Source: Kiritimatiellia bacterium (lineage in GTDB: Bacteria; Verrucomicrobiota; Kiritimatiellia; JAAZAB01). From it: DNA of 64,000 nt. The stretch spans positions 96,001 to 160,000 of the forward strand of contig JAXGPF010000008.1 in the NCBI GenBank assembly GCA_040767085.1, written 5' to 3'. A program made the position numbers and the translations under genes. The notes below the pieces were generated by a model. It searched no databases, was not told where the DNA came from, and saw only the letters and a list, made by a program, of their open reading frames with translations. Every line of letters starts with the position of its first letter. Position 1 is the first letter of the stretch. Below are positions 36,585 through 46,264 of the stretch, in pieces.

Positions 36585-39470
36585 ATGATCACCCTGGAAA
36601 CTAAAACCTTCGCCTGGCACATTGACGAGGCCGGATGCACCCGCGCTTTCTCCGCGGCGGATTCCGGCCAAAACCTCCTGGATGATGCCGCAGTGCCGGC
36701 GGCGTTCTGCCGGCTGGTTCAGGATGAACGCGAAATCATGCCGGCGGGCGTGGTCTTCCGGGGCGGGCAGCTGATCGTGGATTTCCCGGGCGCCGCCCCG
36801 GTCCGTCTGGACGTGGAAATCCGGGAACATTACCTGGTGTTGCGCGTGGCAGCGGCGCCGGACGGCTACGACCGCCTGGTGTTCCTGGATGTGCCGCTGC
36901 GCCCGGGCGCGGCCGCCGCCGATGAGTTCGTCGCCTGCGCCGTGTCCCTGAACCTGCGGACGCGTGTGGACGAACTGCCCGGCCCGCAATCCCGCCTGGC
37001 CGCCCGGTGTTACCGACGGTTCGGCCTGACGGGCGCGGCGGTGGCGGTGGCGGCCGCGCCATTCCATCAATTGCGGGAGATTTTAAAAACGGTGGTCAAC
37101 GCCGCGCCGGATTTGCCCAAATCGCCCCGGGGCGGCCCGTGGGCCATGGATGCCCGGGAAAATTACACTTCCTATCTTTTCGGCGTGGCGACGGAAGAAA
37201 CGGTGGACGAGTGGATTGGGTTGTGCCGCGATTTCGGGATGGATCAACTGCATTTCTGCGGGCAGCAGGGATTCCGTTACGGCGATTACCTGCCGGACCC
37301 CAAAACTTTTCCCCATGGCATGGCCGGCGCCCGCAAGGTTGTTGACCGCCTCCACCAGGCCGGGATCATGGCGGGACTGCATACCCTGTCGTTCTCGATC
37401 CGCCAGAACACGCCCTATGTCGCGCCCGTGCCGGACAAGCGCCTGGCCAGGGAGGCGTCCTACACGCTGGCGGCGCCGCTGACCGCGGCGGATGGCGCCG
37501 TGCTGCTGGCGGAAAACACCGCCGGCCTGCCCCAAGAAATCAGTTATCATATCCGGCGCAGCATGACCTTGCAGATTGACGATGAGTTGATTGAGTTCAC
37601 CGGGGTCAATGACCGGCCGCCTTTCGGCGTCGGCGGATGCCGGCGCGGCGCCTGGGGCACGCGCGCGGCGCCGCATGCCCGGGGCGCGGTTGCGCATCAT
37701 CTCAAGGCCTGCTGGGGGATGTTCGCTCCCGATGGCGAGTCCACCCTCTTCAGTGAAATCGCCGGCAATATCGCCCGCACGGTGAATGAATGCGGGTTTG
37801 ACATGATTTATCTCGATGGGCTGGACGGCATCCACATCCTGGGCGGCGAGGAAGCCCGCTGGCATTATGGCGGCCGGTTTGCCTTCGAAGTTTTCAAGCG
37901 CTTGAACCGGCCGGTGATCATGGAGATGGCGGCGTTCCTGCACCACCTCTGGTTTTTACGGTCGCGCATGGGCGCCTGGGATCATCCCATCCGCGGATAC
38001 ACTCCGTTTTTGGATCATCATGTGCGGTCCAATGCGCAATGCGCGCGCATCTTTCTGCCGGCGCATCTGGGCTGGTGGGCGCCGCGCACAGCCGCGGCTT
38101 CGAACATGACCACCACCGATATCGAGAACATGGGCGGCCTGGCGTGCAAAAACGAGACCACCCATGTCGAAGATGTCGAATACTTGTGCGCCAAGGCCCT
38201 GGAGTCGGGCGCAGGCTTTTCGCTGCAGGGGCTCTCCCCGCAGGCAGTGCGGAATACGCCGCACTTGCAGCGCCTGGCGCCGGTTTGCAAGCGCTACGCG
38301 GCCGCGCGCGCCGCTGCCGTCCCTGTAGCGGCGCCACTGTGTGGCGCAAAAGCCGCACCCCGTGCAGCGACGACAGATCATTCCCCGCTGGTAGTCCGGC
38401 CGCCGTCCGCTGGCCGGGGCGCATCTTGCGTAAAACACCTCGTCACCGGTCTGGACGACAGTTCCGACGCCTGGCGGGTGCATTCCGATGCCGCGCGGCC
38501 GGCGAAAATCCGCGTGGAAGCGCTCTGGTCGGTTGCGCCATTCGAGGACGAGCGCGGCATAGTTGTTGCCGATTGCGCGCATCCAATGGAATTCAGCCCG
38601 GGATGGGAACTCGTCCGTATCCTTAACAGCGGCAAAAAATATTCCTGCCCGGGCGCGGCGCCCGGTTTGCGGATCTGGCTGGAAGCGGCGCCGGCGAACG
38701 CGTCCGGCGACGGCCGCGCCCGCGCGTGTTTAAAAGCCGAGCGTCAAAGCGGCAGCCGGTTTCCCGTTTCCTCGCCGGCCGACCGCCTTTCGCTGCTCGA
38801 TCATGGCGAACGCATTTACGAAGCAGGCCCGGCATCCTGGGGTTGGCTGGGCAAGCGGTTCACGTCGGAACTGGATTTGTCCAAATGTCCGGCTTTGGGA
38901 TTGTGGGTGCAGGGCGACGGCAGCGATGCGGTCTTGAACGTCCAGCTTGCCGGGCTGGAGCGCACCCAGGCGCTGGAAGATCATTACGTGCCGCTGGATT
39001 TTACCGGGTGGCGTTATGTGGAGCTGGTGGAGCCGGAGGCGGAGCGGTTTGAAAATTACAGATGGCCTTACGGACGGTGCGTGTATGACATTTACCGCGC
39101 CACAATTCAGTACGCCCAGGTGGCCGGCATCAAGCTGTGGCTTAACCACGTGCCGGCTAAAGGCGGTACTACCTGCCTGATCTCGCAGATTCGCGCGCTG
39201 CCGCTGGTCCGGACCAAACTCAACCAGCCGGTTTTGACCATTAACGGGCGCGAGCTTACCTTGCCTTTTGCCTTGGCCGCCGGCGACTGGGTGGAAATTG
39301 GTGCGGATGGAATGGCGGCCGCATTTGCGCCCGATGGCCGGGAAATTCAGTCCGCGCCGTTGCCGGGCGGGACGATCCGGATGAAGGCGGGCGCCAATGA
39401 ACTGGCTTTCAAGGCTGACGCGCTTGCAGGCCGATGCCGGGCGCGGGTGACGGTGATATGCAATTCTTAG
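36585..39470 (+). CDS. large putative glycoside-hydrolase-like (TIM-barrel plus CBM-like) protein
   Basis: 961 aa; FPHG....VDRLHQAGIMAGLH, GFDMIYLDG, C-terminal LGLWVQGDGS...LDFTGWRY; divergent from AraC. Confidence 0.6.
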   Translation: MITLETKTFAWHIDEAGCTRAFSAADSGQNLLDDAAVPAAFCRLVQDEREIMPAGVVFRGGQLIVDFPGAAPVRLDVEIREHYLVLRVAAAPDGYDRLVFLDVPLRPGAAAADEFVACAVSLNLRTRVDELPGPQSRLAARCYRRFGLTGAAVAVAAAPFHQLREILKTVVNAAPDLPKSPRGGPWAMDARENYTSYLFGVATEETVDEWIGLCRDFGMDQLHFCGQQGFRYGDYLPDPKTFPHGMAGARKVVDRLHQAGIMAGLHTLSFSIRQNTPYVAPVPDKRLAREASYTLAAPLTAADGAVLLAENTAGLPQEISYHIRRSMTLQIDDELIEFTGVNDRPPFGVGGCRRGAWGTRAAPHARGAVAHHLKACWGMFAPDGESTLFSEIAGNIARTVNECGFDMIYLDGLDGIHILGGEEARWHYGGRFAFEVFKRLNRPVIMEMAAFLHHLWFLRSRMGAWDHPIRGYTPFLDHHVRSNAQCARIFLPAHLGWWAPRTAAASNMTTTDIENMGGLACKNETTHVEDVEYLCAKALESGAGFSLQGLSPQAVRNTPHLQRLAPVCKRYAAARAAAVPVAAPLCGAKAAPRAATTDHSPLVVRPPSAGRGASCVKHLVTGLDDSSDAWRVHSDAARPAKIRVEALWSVAPFEDERGIVVADCAHPMEFSPGWELVRILNSGKKYSCPGAAPGLRIWLEAAPANASGDGRARACLKAERQSGSRFPVSSPADRLSLLDHGERIYEAGPASWGWLGKRFTSELDLSKCPALGLWVQGDGSDAVLNVQLAGLERTQALEDHYVPLDFTGWRYVELVEPEAERFENYRWPYGRCVYDIYRATIQYAQVAGIKLWLNHVPAKGGTTCLISQIRALPLVRTKLNQPVLTINGRELTLPFALAAGDWVEIGADGMAAAFAPDGREIQSAPLPGGTIRMKAGANELAFKADALAGRCRARVTVICNS

Positions 39471-39502
39471 TGGTTAGACAAATAATTGATGATGAGTGTA
39501 AA

Positions 39503-42250
39503 ATGCGATTTATTACACGCCTTTTTCGCAAATCGGTTCTGTTGGCATGCATGGTCGTGGGCGTGCGCGGTATGACCGCGGATTCGGCTCCGATGGCCGT
39601 GACTAATTGCGCTACCCCGCCGGTTATTGACGGCGTATTAAGCGACTCGGCCTGGCAGAAGCCACCGCTGGTTGACGAATTGTTCCTGAAAAACAGCAAT
39701 CAATCATCATCCGCCACCCGGGTCTGGATGACTTTTGACCGGCAATATCTGTATTTGGGATTCCATTGCGCAAATTCCAACATGTCCCGGGTGATCCAAC
39801 GCACGTTCGATCATGACAGCCCCGCTTATAAAGACGATTCGGTTCAGTTGTTCGTCCGGCCGTCCGCTGCGCGCGAGCGCTATGACCTGTTCGTGCTGAG
39901 CTTCGCCAATGTGGTTTATGACGAACAGTGCACAACCGGGGGTTGGCGCAATCGCGGATGGACTCCGCCGCTGCGTTCCATGACCGCGCAGCAGGCGGAC
40001 GGCTGGACCGCCGAGCTGGCGATTCCGCTCTTTATTTTCGATTGCGACGATTTCGGCGATATGGAAATCGGGCTGGTTCGCAATTATAACGACATCACGC
40101 TTGATGTTTATGGCGCGTTACAGGAGGAAAAAATTGTTGCTTATGCATTGTCGCCCGATACTAAAAATTTTCATGATGTCAGCCGGTTCCGGCCGGTAAA
40201 GGGCGCGGGCGGCTTCAAGCCGGATGTGCCTTTTGCCCCGCAAGTCGTTGCGGCCGAGATCGCCGGTTATCACCAGCAAGATGACCGTATATGCTACGTA
40301 ATAAACGCGCTCCTGAAATCGGGTTCGCCGATGTGCGGCATGGCTGAACTCCAGGTCGTCGAAGACGACGGTCGGGCTGAAACTGTTCGACATCGCGAAC
40401 AAGTAAAACTTGCTCCCGCCGAGTCCCGGCTGCCAATCATAATTCCTGTGACGGAATTCCGCGACCGCAAAGTAAAGTTGCTGCTGGTGGCGCCGGATAA
40501 TCCCGCCAACGTGCTGGCTTTTAACGAGATCACCGATGTGTCAGCGCTGAGTGTGATCCGCCGGGCGTTTGCCGGCCGGAGTTTTTATTCGTCAGAAGAC
40601 GCCGCCGATATAATACTGGAGTTGGGGTTGCCGGATGCAATGCTGGCCAAAGCCATACTGAAAGTCGAACTTGCCGGCCAGCCGGCTTTGGAATGCAAGG
40701 GAGTGCGGACGGTCATGACTCCAAAACTGCCGTTGAAAATGCTGGCGCCGGGCGATAACCAGGTGGATTTGCGCATTCTGGTGGATGGCCGGGAATTGGC
40801 CGCGCGACGGGTGAATGTTTTGCGCCTGACCCCGCGGCCCGGATATGAAACCAAGGCGGATTTCATCAGGGGTGTGGTGTTAAAGGATCAAAAGCCGTTT
40901 TTCCCGGTGGGCATTTGCTGCCATGTGTTGTATGGCAATGAAGATGATGCCTGGCGGTTTGATTTTCTCAAGCGGATTGGTTTGAACACATTGGTGAAAA
41001 TGCGCATTGCAACCAACACGGTTTCGTTCATGAACCTGGCCGAAGCGCGCGGGTTCAATGTCATTACCTGGAATTATCCCAACGTGGACCACTATATGAG
41101 TGCGTTGCCAAAACTCTTTAATCTGGATTTTCAGGATTTAGCGGTTCCGGCGCGGATCAAGGAGGCCATGACCAATGACCCGCAATTCTGGTCCGGCATA
41201 CATGGAACCATGGCGTTGCCGGAGCGGCTGCTGCTGCGCCGGGCCTTGTACGAACAGGTGGAGCCTGGTGTAGTCAAGGAGGTTGAAGTCCTGCGCGACT
41301 ACAAGAATTTTGTCGGATACTGGAATGTGGATGAGCCCAATCTCATCAATTCCGACGATAGAATCGCGCTGGCGGAATGGTATTGGAAGACAACGCGCCG
41401 GCACGATCCGCATCATCCGCAGTTCCTCCTGTATTCAATGAATATTCCGTTTGGCGATAATTGGACGCGCTGGGGCGATATCTTGGGGTTTGACATTTAT
41501 CCCCGGCCTTATACCGGGGGATTGCTGAGCGAACCGGGCTTGTATACCGCGTATTATGCCTGCCAATTGCGCGAGCGATGCCGGCGCGACAATAAGATCA
41601 TGTGGTTTGTCCCCTTGGCCAACATGCTCGACTTGGGGCGTACGCCCATCGGCATGAGCAAGGCCCAGATGCTCTGCCAGGCATATACCGCCATCATTTA
41701 CGGCGCGCGCGGATTGCTCTATTTCGCGTTGAACGCGGTGGTCGGCGAGGAGGCCTGGGACGCCTTGTCCGTCATCTCCGCCCGGGTGTCGGAACTTGCG
41801 CCGGCCTTGCTCAATGGCGATGTGCCCCAGACCGTAAAATACACGCCGGATAATTTTTATCCGCGCGAGCAAAAATTCCCCATGATCAACGCCGCGGTGT
41901 TTCAATATCCCGCCGGCGATTATCTGCTGCTGGCGGCAAATATCATGCCGTTTGCCGTAGATACTAAATTTAACTTGAGGGGCATGCGCCAGGCGGCGCG
42001 GCTGTTTGAAGATGAAGACCCAAAGGCGCAAAGTGAAATTGAGTTGATGGACGAGTCGTTTGCCGAAAAAATCGAGCCATGCGGCACGCGCGCTTACCGG
42101 ATTAAGCTCCGGCAATTGCCCGCTGCCGCGGGCGATGACCGCGGTTCCGGAGAACCGCCGCGCCCAGCGGACGCGGCTACAGCCGGGGCAGGGCCGCGCA
42201 GCGGCTTGGGCCATCCCTTGCCGGTGGAAGTAGCCGCAGGCGTTTCCTGA
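39503..42250 (+). CDS. secreted CBM9-like plus glycoside-hydrolase-like protein (probably frameshifted before its last domain)
   Basis: PPVIDGVLSDSAW, DDSVQLF, WTAELAIP (CBM9-like); KPFFPVG, WNVDEP, DILGFDIYP, AIIYGARGLLYF. Confidence 0.68.
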   Translation: MRFITRLFRKSVLLACMVVGVRGMTADSAPMAVTNCATPPVIDGVLSDSAWQKPPLVDELFLKNSNQSSSATRVWMTFDRQYLYLGFHCANSNMSRVIQRTFDHDSPAYKDDSVQLFVRPSAARERYDLFVLSFANVVYDEQCTTGGWRNRGWTPPLRSMTAQQADGWTAELAIPLFIFDCDDFGDMEIGLVRNYNDITLDVYGALQEEKIVAYALSPDTKNFHDVSRFRPVKGAGGFKPDVPFAPQVVAAEIAGYHQQDDRICYVINALLKSGSPMCGMAELQVVEDDGRAETVRHREQVKLAPAESRLPIIIPVTEFRDRKVKLLLVAPDNPANVLAFNEITDVSALSVIRRAFAGRSFYSSEDAADIILELGLPDAMLAKAILKVELAGQPALECKGVRTVMTPKLPLKMLAPGDNQVDLRILVDGRELAARRVNVLRLTPRPGYETKADFIRGVVLKDQKPFFPVGICCHVLYGNEDDAWRFDFLKRIGLNTLVKMRIATNTVSFMNLAEARGFNVITWNYPNVDHYMSALPKLFNLDFQDLAVPARIKEAMTNDPQFWSGIHGTMALPERLLLRRALYEQVEPGVVKEVEVLRDYKNFVGYWNVDEPNLINSDDRIALAEWYWKTTRRHDPHHPQFLLYSMNIPFGDNWTRWGDILGFDIYPRPYTGGLLSEPGLYTAYYACQLRERCRRDNKIMWFVPLANMLDLGRTPIGMSKAQMLCQAYTAIIYGARGLLYFALNAVVGEEAWDALSVISARVSELAPALLNGDVPQTVKYTPDNFYPREQKFPMINAAVFQYPAGDYLLLAANIMPFAVDTKFNLRGMRQAARLFEDEDPKAQSEIELMDESFAEKIEPCGTRAYRIKLRQLPAAAGDDRGSGEPPRPADAATAGAGPRSGLGHPLPVEVAAGVS

Positions 42251-42257
42251 TCAGCGC

Positions 42258-42836
42258 TTGCCATTGCTTAACGTCCCGGCGATTGCCGAACGATTGCGCC
42301 GGAGTAAAAATCACTGCCCCAATCCCTGTTTCCGGCATCAAACCAATCGAGGCGTACCGGACTTTACGCGCAAACTCGGCGGCGGATGGGCGGTGGACGG
42401 GGAAATGCAATGGAACGGCTACCCGTCTTTGCGTTTGCATAATGCTTCCGACACCAATGCTTTGGGATTCAAACCCGGCAATTTGCAGGGAACGCTGGGA
42501 TATGTTCCGGCCACCACACAACCGGAGAAAATGACTTTTTCGTTTTATGCGCGGAGCGACCAGCCGTCGGGTATTTTTGTCGGCTTGCAGATCGGGAATT
42601 ATTATGCGCCGGCGTCAACGCAAAAGTCATTTACCGTGACCACCGAATGGCAACGGCACCATATCACTTTTGACCTGCCGGCCACGGCGGACGCGAATCT
42701 GTGGCAGCGCGGTTATGAGATGGTTCCCCGGCGCGATACGACCGTCTGGATTACCGGGTTACAGTTGGAGGCCGGCGGCCAGCCGACGGCATTCCAGGAT
42801 GATTATCAGGCAGCGCTGGATGCAATTGGCCGTTAA
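42258..42836 (+). CDS. galactose-binding/CBM-like domain; probable C-terminal part of the upstream gene
   Basis: NHCPNPCF, TFSFYAR, TTEWQRH, WITGLQLEAG..PT; TTG start without an RBS. Confidence 0.55.
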   Translation: MPLLNVPAIAERLRRSKNHCPNPCFRHQTNRGVPDFTRKLGGGWAVDGEMQWNGYPSLRLHNASDTNALGFKPGNLQGTLGYVPATTQPEKMTFSFYARSDQPSGIFVGLQIGNYYAPASTQKSFTVTTEWQRHHITFDLPATADANLWQRGYEMVPRRDTTVWITGLQLEAGGQPTAFQDDYQAALDAIGR

Positions 42837-42853
42837 AACCAAACGAGGAGCTA

Positions 42854-44338
42854 ATGATGAAATGGGTACGATTAATTATGATGATATGTGTTTGTTCGTC
42901 CTCATATTCCGCCACTCGTTATGTGGCGCTGGGGGGCGGCCATGACGCCGTCGGCGGCTATACCAACTGGACCGGCGCCGCCACCAGCATCATTGACGCG
43001 GTAAACGCCGCTCAGCCTGGCGAGACAATCCTGGTTTCGAACGGCTTGTACAAATTGACAAACCAGATCACTTTGGGCGCCAATAGCATGCGCAGTTGGA
43101 ACAACGGCGTCACCGACCGGGCCGGCACCATTATTGACGGTGATTTTTATGACAGCAAGCCGGTGACCAACCGCTGCGTGGAAATTACTGGCGCCAGCGC
43201 CCGGCTGGACGGATTCACGATTTCCAATGGCTGCGTCAGGTCCGCCGGCGGCGCCGGCATTCTGGTCGCCGCCGCCGCGGACTATGTCATAATCACCAAT
43301 TGTTTCATTACCCAAAACACCACAACGATCACAACTACGTCGTCCGGCGCCGGCGTGCGCATGAACGGCGTGGGCGGGATATTGACGCATTGCCTTGTTG
43401 TTTCCAATAGTGCGCCCATGTCCAGCAGCGCCGCCGCCGGCGGCGCGTATTTGTTCGGAACTGATAATACAATGGAATTTTGCGATGTGGGTTATAACCA
43501 AGCCCAGACCGCCGCCGGAGTCGCTGTTAATGCCGGTAACCGGGTGTCCAATTGCCGGATATATGGCAATAGCGCCGGCAGTTGGGGCGGCGGATTTTAC
43601 CTGAACGCTCCGGATGCAGTGCTGGAGGGCTGTGTTGTCAGCAATAATTCTGCCGGGGGTACGGGCGGTGGCGCCGCTTATTTGCGCCGTGGTGCTCTGC
43701 GCAATTGCATCCTGGTTGACAATCGCACTCCCGCCAATTATGGCGGCGGGCTCTACGTCAATGATCCTGTCGCCGAATTGACGATCGAAAGCTGCTTGTT
43801 TGTCAATAATGTCGCGTCAAACGCCTCTGCCGCTTACGGTGGCGGCCTGGCGATCCGGCATGTCGGCGCGGGAACCGGCAATGTGCAGTTGTTGAACTCC
43901 ACCTTCACTGGTAACTGGGGCCGCAATGGCAATGGCGGCGGGATATGGATGGAAGTCAGCGCGGCGAATGCGGATAAAGTCGCCATTAAAAACACCATTG
44001 CCGCCGGGAACAAAGTCGGGGCGTTTGACCGGGATATTGATGCGGTTGGCACCATCGGGGATGCTGCCGCCACAAATGGTTTTGTGTTTTGCTGTTCCCC
44101 GACTTTCGACTACTTTCCCCCTGGTCAAGGCAGTCTGCGCACCGATCCTTTGTTCGTATCGTCAACCGATTATCGCCTGCAAAGTGTTTCGCCTTGCGTT
44201 AACGCCGGCACGAACCAATCCTGGATGGCGGAATCGCTGGATTTGGATGGACACTCGCGGATTGACCGGTATTCAGGCCGGGTTGACATCGGGTGTTATG
44301 AATATTTTTTAAAGGGAACTCTGTTTGGAATACATTGA
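42854..44338 (+). CDS. secreted right-handed beta-helix protein with choice-of-anchor-Q-like C-terminus
   Basis: Paralog of 21007-22395 (AATSI.DAV, VSNGLY, RSWNNG, DLDG..RIDR, D.GCYEY). Confidence 0.8.
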   Translation: MMKWVRLIMMICVCSSSYSATRYVALGGGHDAVGGYTNWTGAATSIIDAVNAAQPGETILVSNGLYKLTNQITLGANSMRSWNNGVTDRAGTIIDGDFYDSKPVTNRCVEITGASARLDGFTISNGCVRSAGGAGILVAAAADYVIITNCFITQNTTTITTTSSGAGVRMNGVGGILTHCLVVSNSAPMSSSAAAGGAYLFGTDNTMEFCDVGYNQAQTAAGVAVNAGNRVSNCRIYGNSAGSWGGGFYLNAPDAVLEGCVVSNNSAGGTGGGAAYLRRGALRNCILVDNRTPANYGGGLYVNDPVAELTIESCLFVNNVASNASAAYGGGLAIRHVGAGTGNVQLLNSTFTGNWGRNGNGGGIWMEVSAANADKVAIKNTIAAGNKVGAFDRDIDAVGTIGDAAATNGFVFCCSPTFDYFPPGQGSLRTDPLFVSSTDYRLQSVSPCVNAGTNQSWMAESLDLDGHSRIDRYSGRVDIGCYEYFLKGTLFGIH

Positions 44339-44719
44339 TCGGCATGATGGCCTGCCGTTTAATCCTCGGGTTTTGCCGGATTGTCGGCTTGCGCGGCCCG
44401 GTAATGCAAGCTGTAATTACGGCCAATTGTGTTTGGGCGGGATCGACATTAGCCGGTGGTGATCGGCGCCCAAAAGCTTGGCGGTGGCGGCGGCGGTGCC
44501 CGCGGCAAAGGCGCAGCAATGGCTGCGCTGGGCCATTCCCCGGCCGCACATGGCGGCGGTCCAGCGTAAGTTGGTCATGCCGGCCGCGGATGTGGGCTGC
44601 TGAGAATACATCTCCCACGGCACGCTGTTCCATGTGCGATGAACACCGTTTTTCAGGGCCTGAATGATACGCCACGGTCTGCCGGCAGCGCCAGCCGGCG
44701 CGGCATAATCATGGCCGGG

Positions 44720-45148
44720 TCAGGTAGGGCGCCGTTTCAGGAAAGCCGCCAGTTTGCGGTCGTCGGTTTGCACCTGGTCGCAGAACCATTCGATCAGCCA
44801 CCGGCTCATCTGGACGGTGAATGTGTCCATGTCGGTCAAGTCTTTCATGCCGGCGGAAAGCGAATCCGTGCGATCGCGGAAAATGTTATGCTTGGCGCGA
44901 TGCTCGGCGTAGGCAGGATATTGATGCTCGAGCATGACCAGTTCCTCCGCGTCAAAATGCTCCATGGCGTATTTTAACACGGCATCCATGGCGCCGGACA
45001 ATTCCCGGCGCGAGACGCCCCCGCGCATTGCCTGCGCAAAGAGACTTTCCACCAGGTTGGCGTATTCCGCATGTTGCCGGTCAATCAGGGGGATGCCGGT
45101 TATCAGCAATCGCCGGTCGAATTGAATGACTTTTCCGGTAATTTTCAT
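44720..45148 (-). CDS. bacteriohemerythrin-family protein
   Basis: TGIPLIDRQH, EHFDAEE..M, YPAYAEHRAKH. Confidence 0.85.
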   Translation of the reverse strand: MKITGKVIQFDRRLLITGIPLIDRQHAEYANLVESLFAQAMRGGVSRRELSGAMDAVLKYAMEHFDAEELVMLEHQYPAYAEHRAKHNIFRDRTDSLSAGMKDLTDMDTFTVQMSRWLIEWFCDQVQTDDRKLAAFLKRRPT

Positions 45149-45367
45149 GGGCCGTAACTTGTGCCGAACCGGTTAAACAATGAAAATCAGAGCATATTAG
45201 AATCATTTCGGACTGTCAAATCATAATCGCGGGATGACGCAGCCGTGATGCAGCCGCAACCGGGGATTGACATTGCCGCGGCAATGTGTCAGATTAATTG
45301 CGAAGATGCAACGCCGGAGTGGCGGCGGCTTACAGCGGGATGCTTGAATCATATATGGGAGGTAGCC

Positions 45368-46072
45368 ATGAAAAGCGGATTGACGATGATCGCGGCGGCA
45401 TTTCTGTTGGCGGCATGGGCGCCATGGGCGCGCTCGCAGGATAAGGTCCCGGCCGGTTTCGAATTTCCGGCCTTGCCTTACGCCTACGATGCGCTGGAGC
45501 CTTACATTGACGCGCAGACGATGGAAATCCACTACAGCCGGCATCACAAGGCCTATTACAATAATTTTCTCAAAGCCGTTGCCGGGACCGATTACGAGCG
45601 GCAGGCCATGCCGCAGATTTTCGCCGGCATCAGCCAGGCGCCCGCCGCGGTGCGCAACATGGGCGGCGGCTATTACAATCATAACCTGTTTTGGGCAAAC
45701 CTGTCGCCGGCGCCGGGCGAACCTTCGGATGCCTTGAAGAACGCTCTGGATGCCAGCTTCGGCTCGATCGCGGCCTTTCAGGAAGCATTCAGCAAGGCGT
45801 CGTCATCAGTTTTCGGCAGCGGCTGGACCTGGCTGGTGCTGGCGGACGGCGGGAAACTGGAGATTGTTTCCACCGCCAACCAGGATAACCCGCTGATGGA
45901 TGTAGCCGCCGTGCGGGGCGCGCCGCTGCTGGCGCTGGATGTCTGGGAACACGCGTACTACCTCAAATATCAGAACAAGCGCGGGGATTACATTGCCGCC
46001 TTCTGGAAGGTGGTCAACTGGGCCGAAGTCAGCCGGCGCTATGCCGCGGCTTTGGATGCTGGGGTAAAATAG
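45368..46072 (+). CDS. sodA: Fe/Mn superoxide dismutase (Mn-type signature) with signal peptide
   Basis: LPYAYDALEP, HH..Y, GGGYYNH, FGSGW, NQDNP, DVWEHAYY; hydrophobic N-terminus. Confidence 0.9.
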   Translation: MKSGLTMIAAAFLLAAWAPWARSQDKVPAGFEFPALPYAYDALEPYIDAQTMEIHYSRHHKAYYNNFLKAVAGTDYERQAMPQIFAGISQAPAAVRNMGGGYYNHNLFWANLSPAPGEPSDALKNALDASFGSIAAFQEAFSKASSSVFGSGWTWLVLADGGKLEIVSTANQDNPLMDVAAVRGAPLLALDVWEHAYYLKYQNKRGDYIAAFWKVVNWAEVSRRYAAALDAGVK

Positions 46073-46264
46073 ATTTTTTGCCGGCAAGCCGGCCAGCATC
46101 ACCGGCGCGGTCCGCCGGAGGCTGTCCTCCACTGGTGGAGCCGGGACGCCCTCGTCCCGGCCTGCCGTGTTACAGTCGGAATCAAAATCGGCGCCGGGAC
46201 CATGGCCGCCAAAGCAGATCATTCATAACAGCGCGCCCATGGCCCGCCGCCGCGGAAAATTTAG

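Noticed and set aside
44340-44715. Small ORFs between the beta-helix gene and hemerythrin
   Set aside because: No RBS, motif or convincing composition in any frame.
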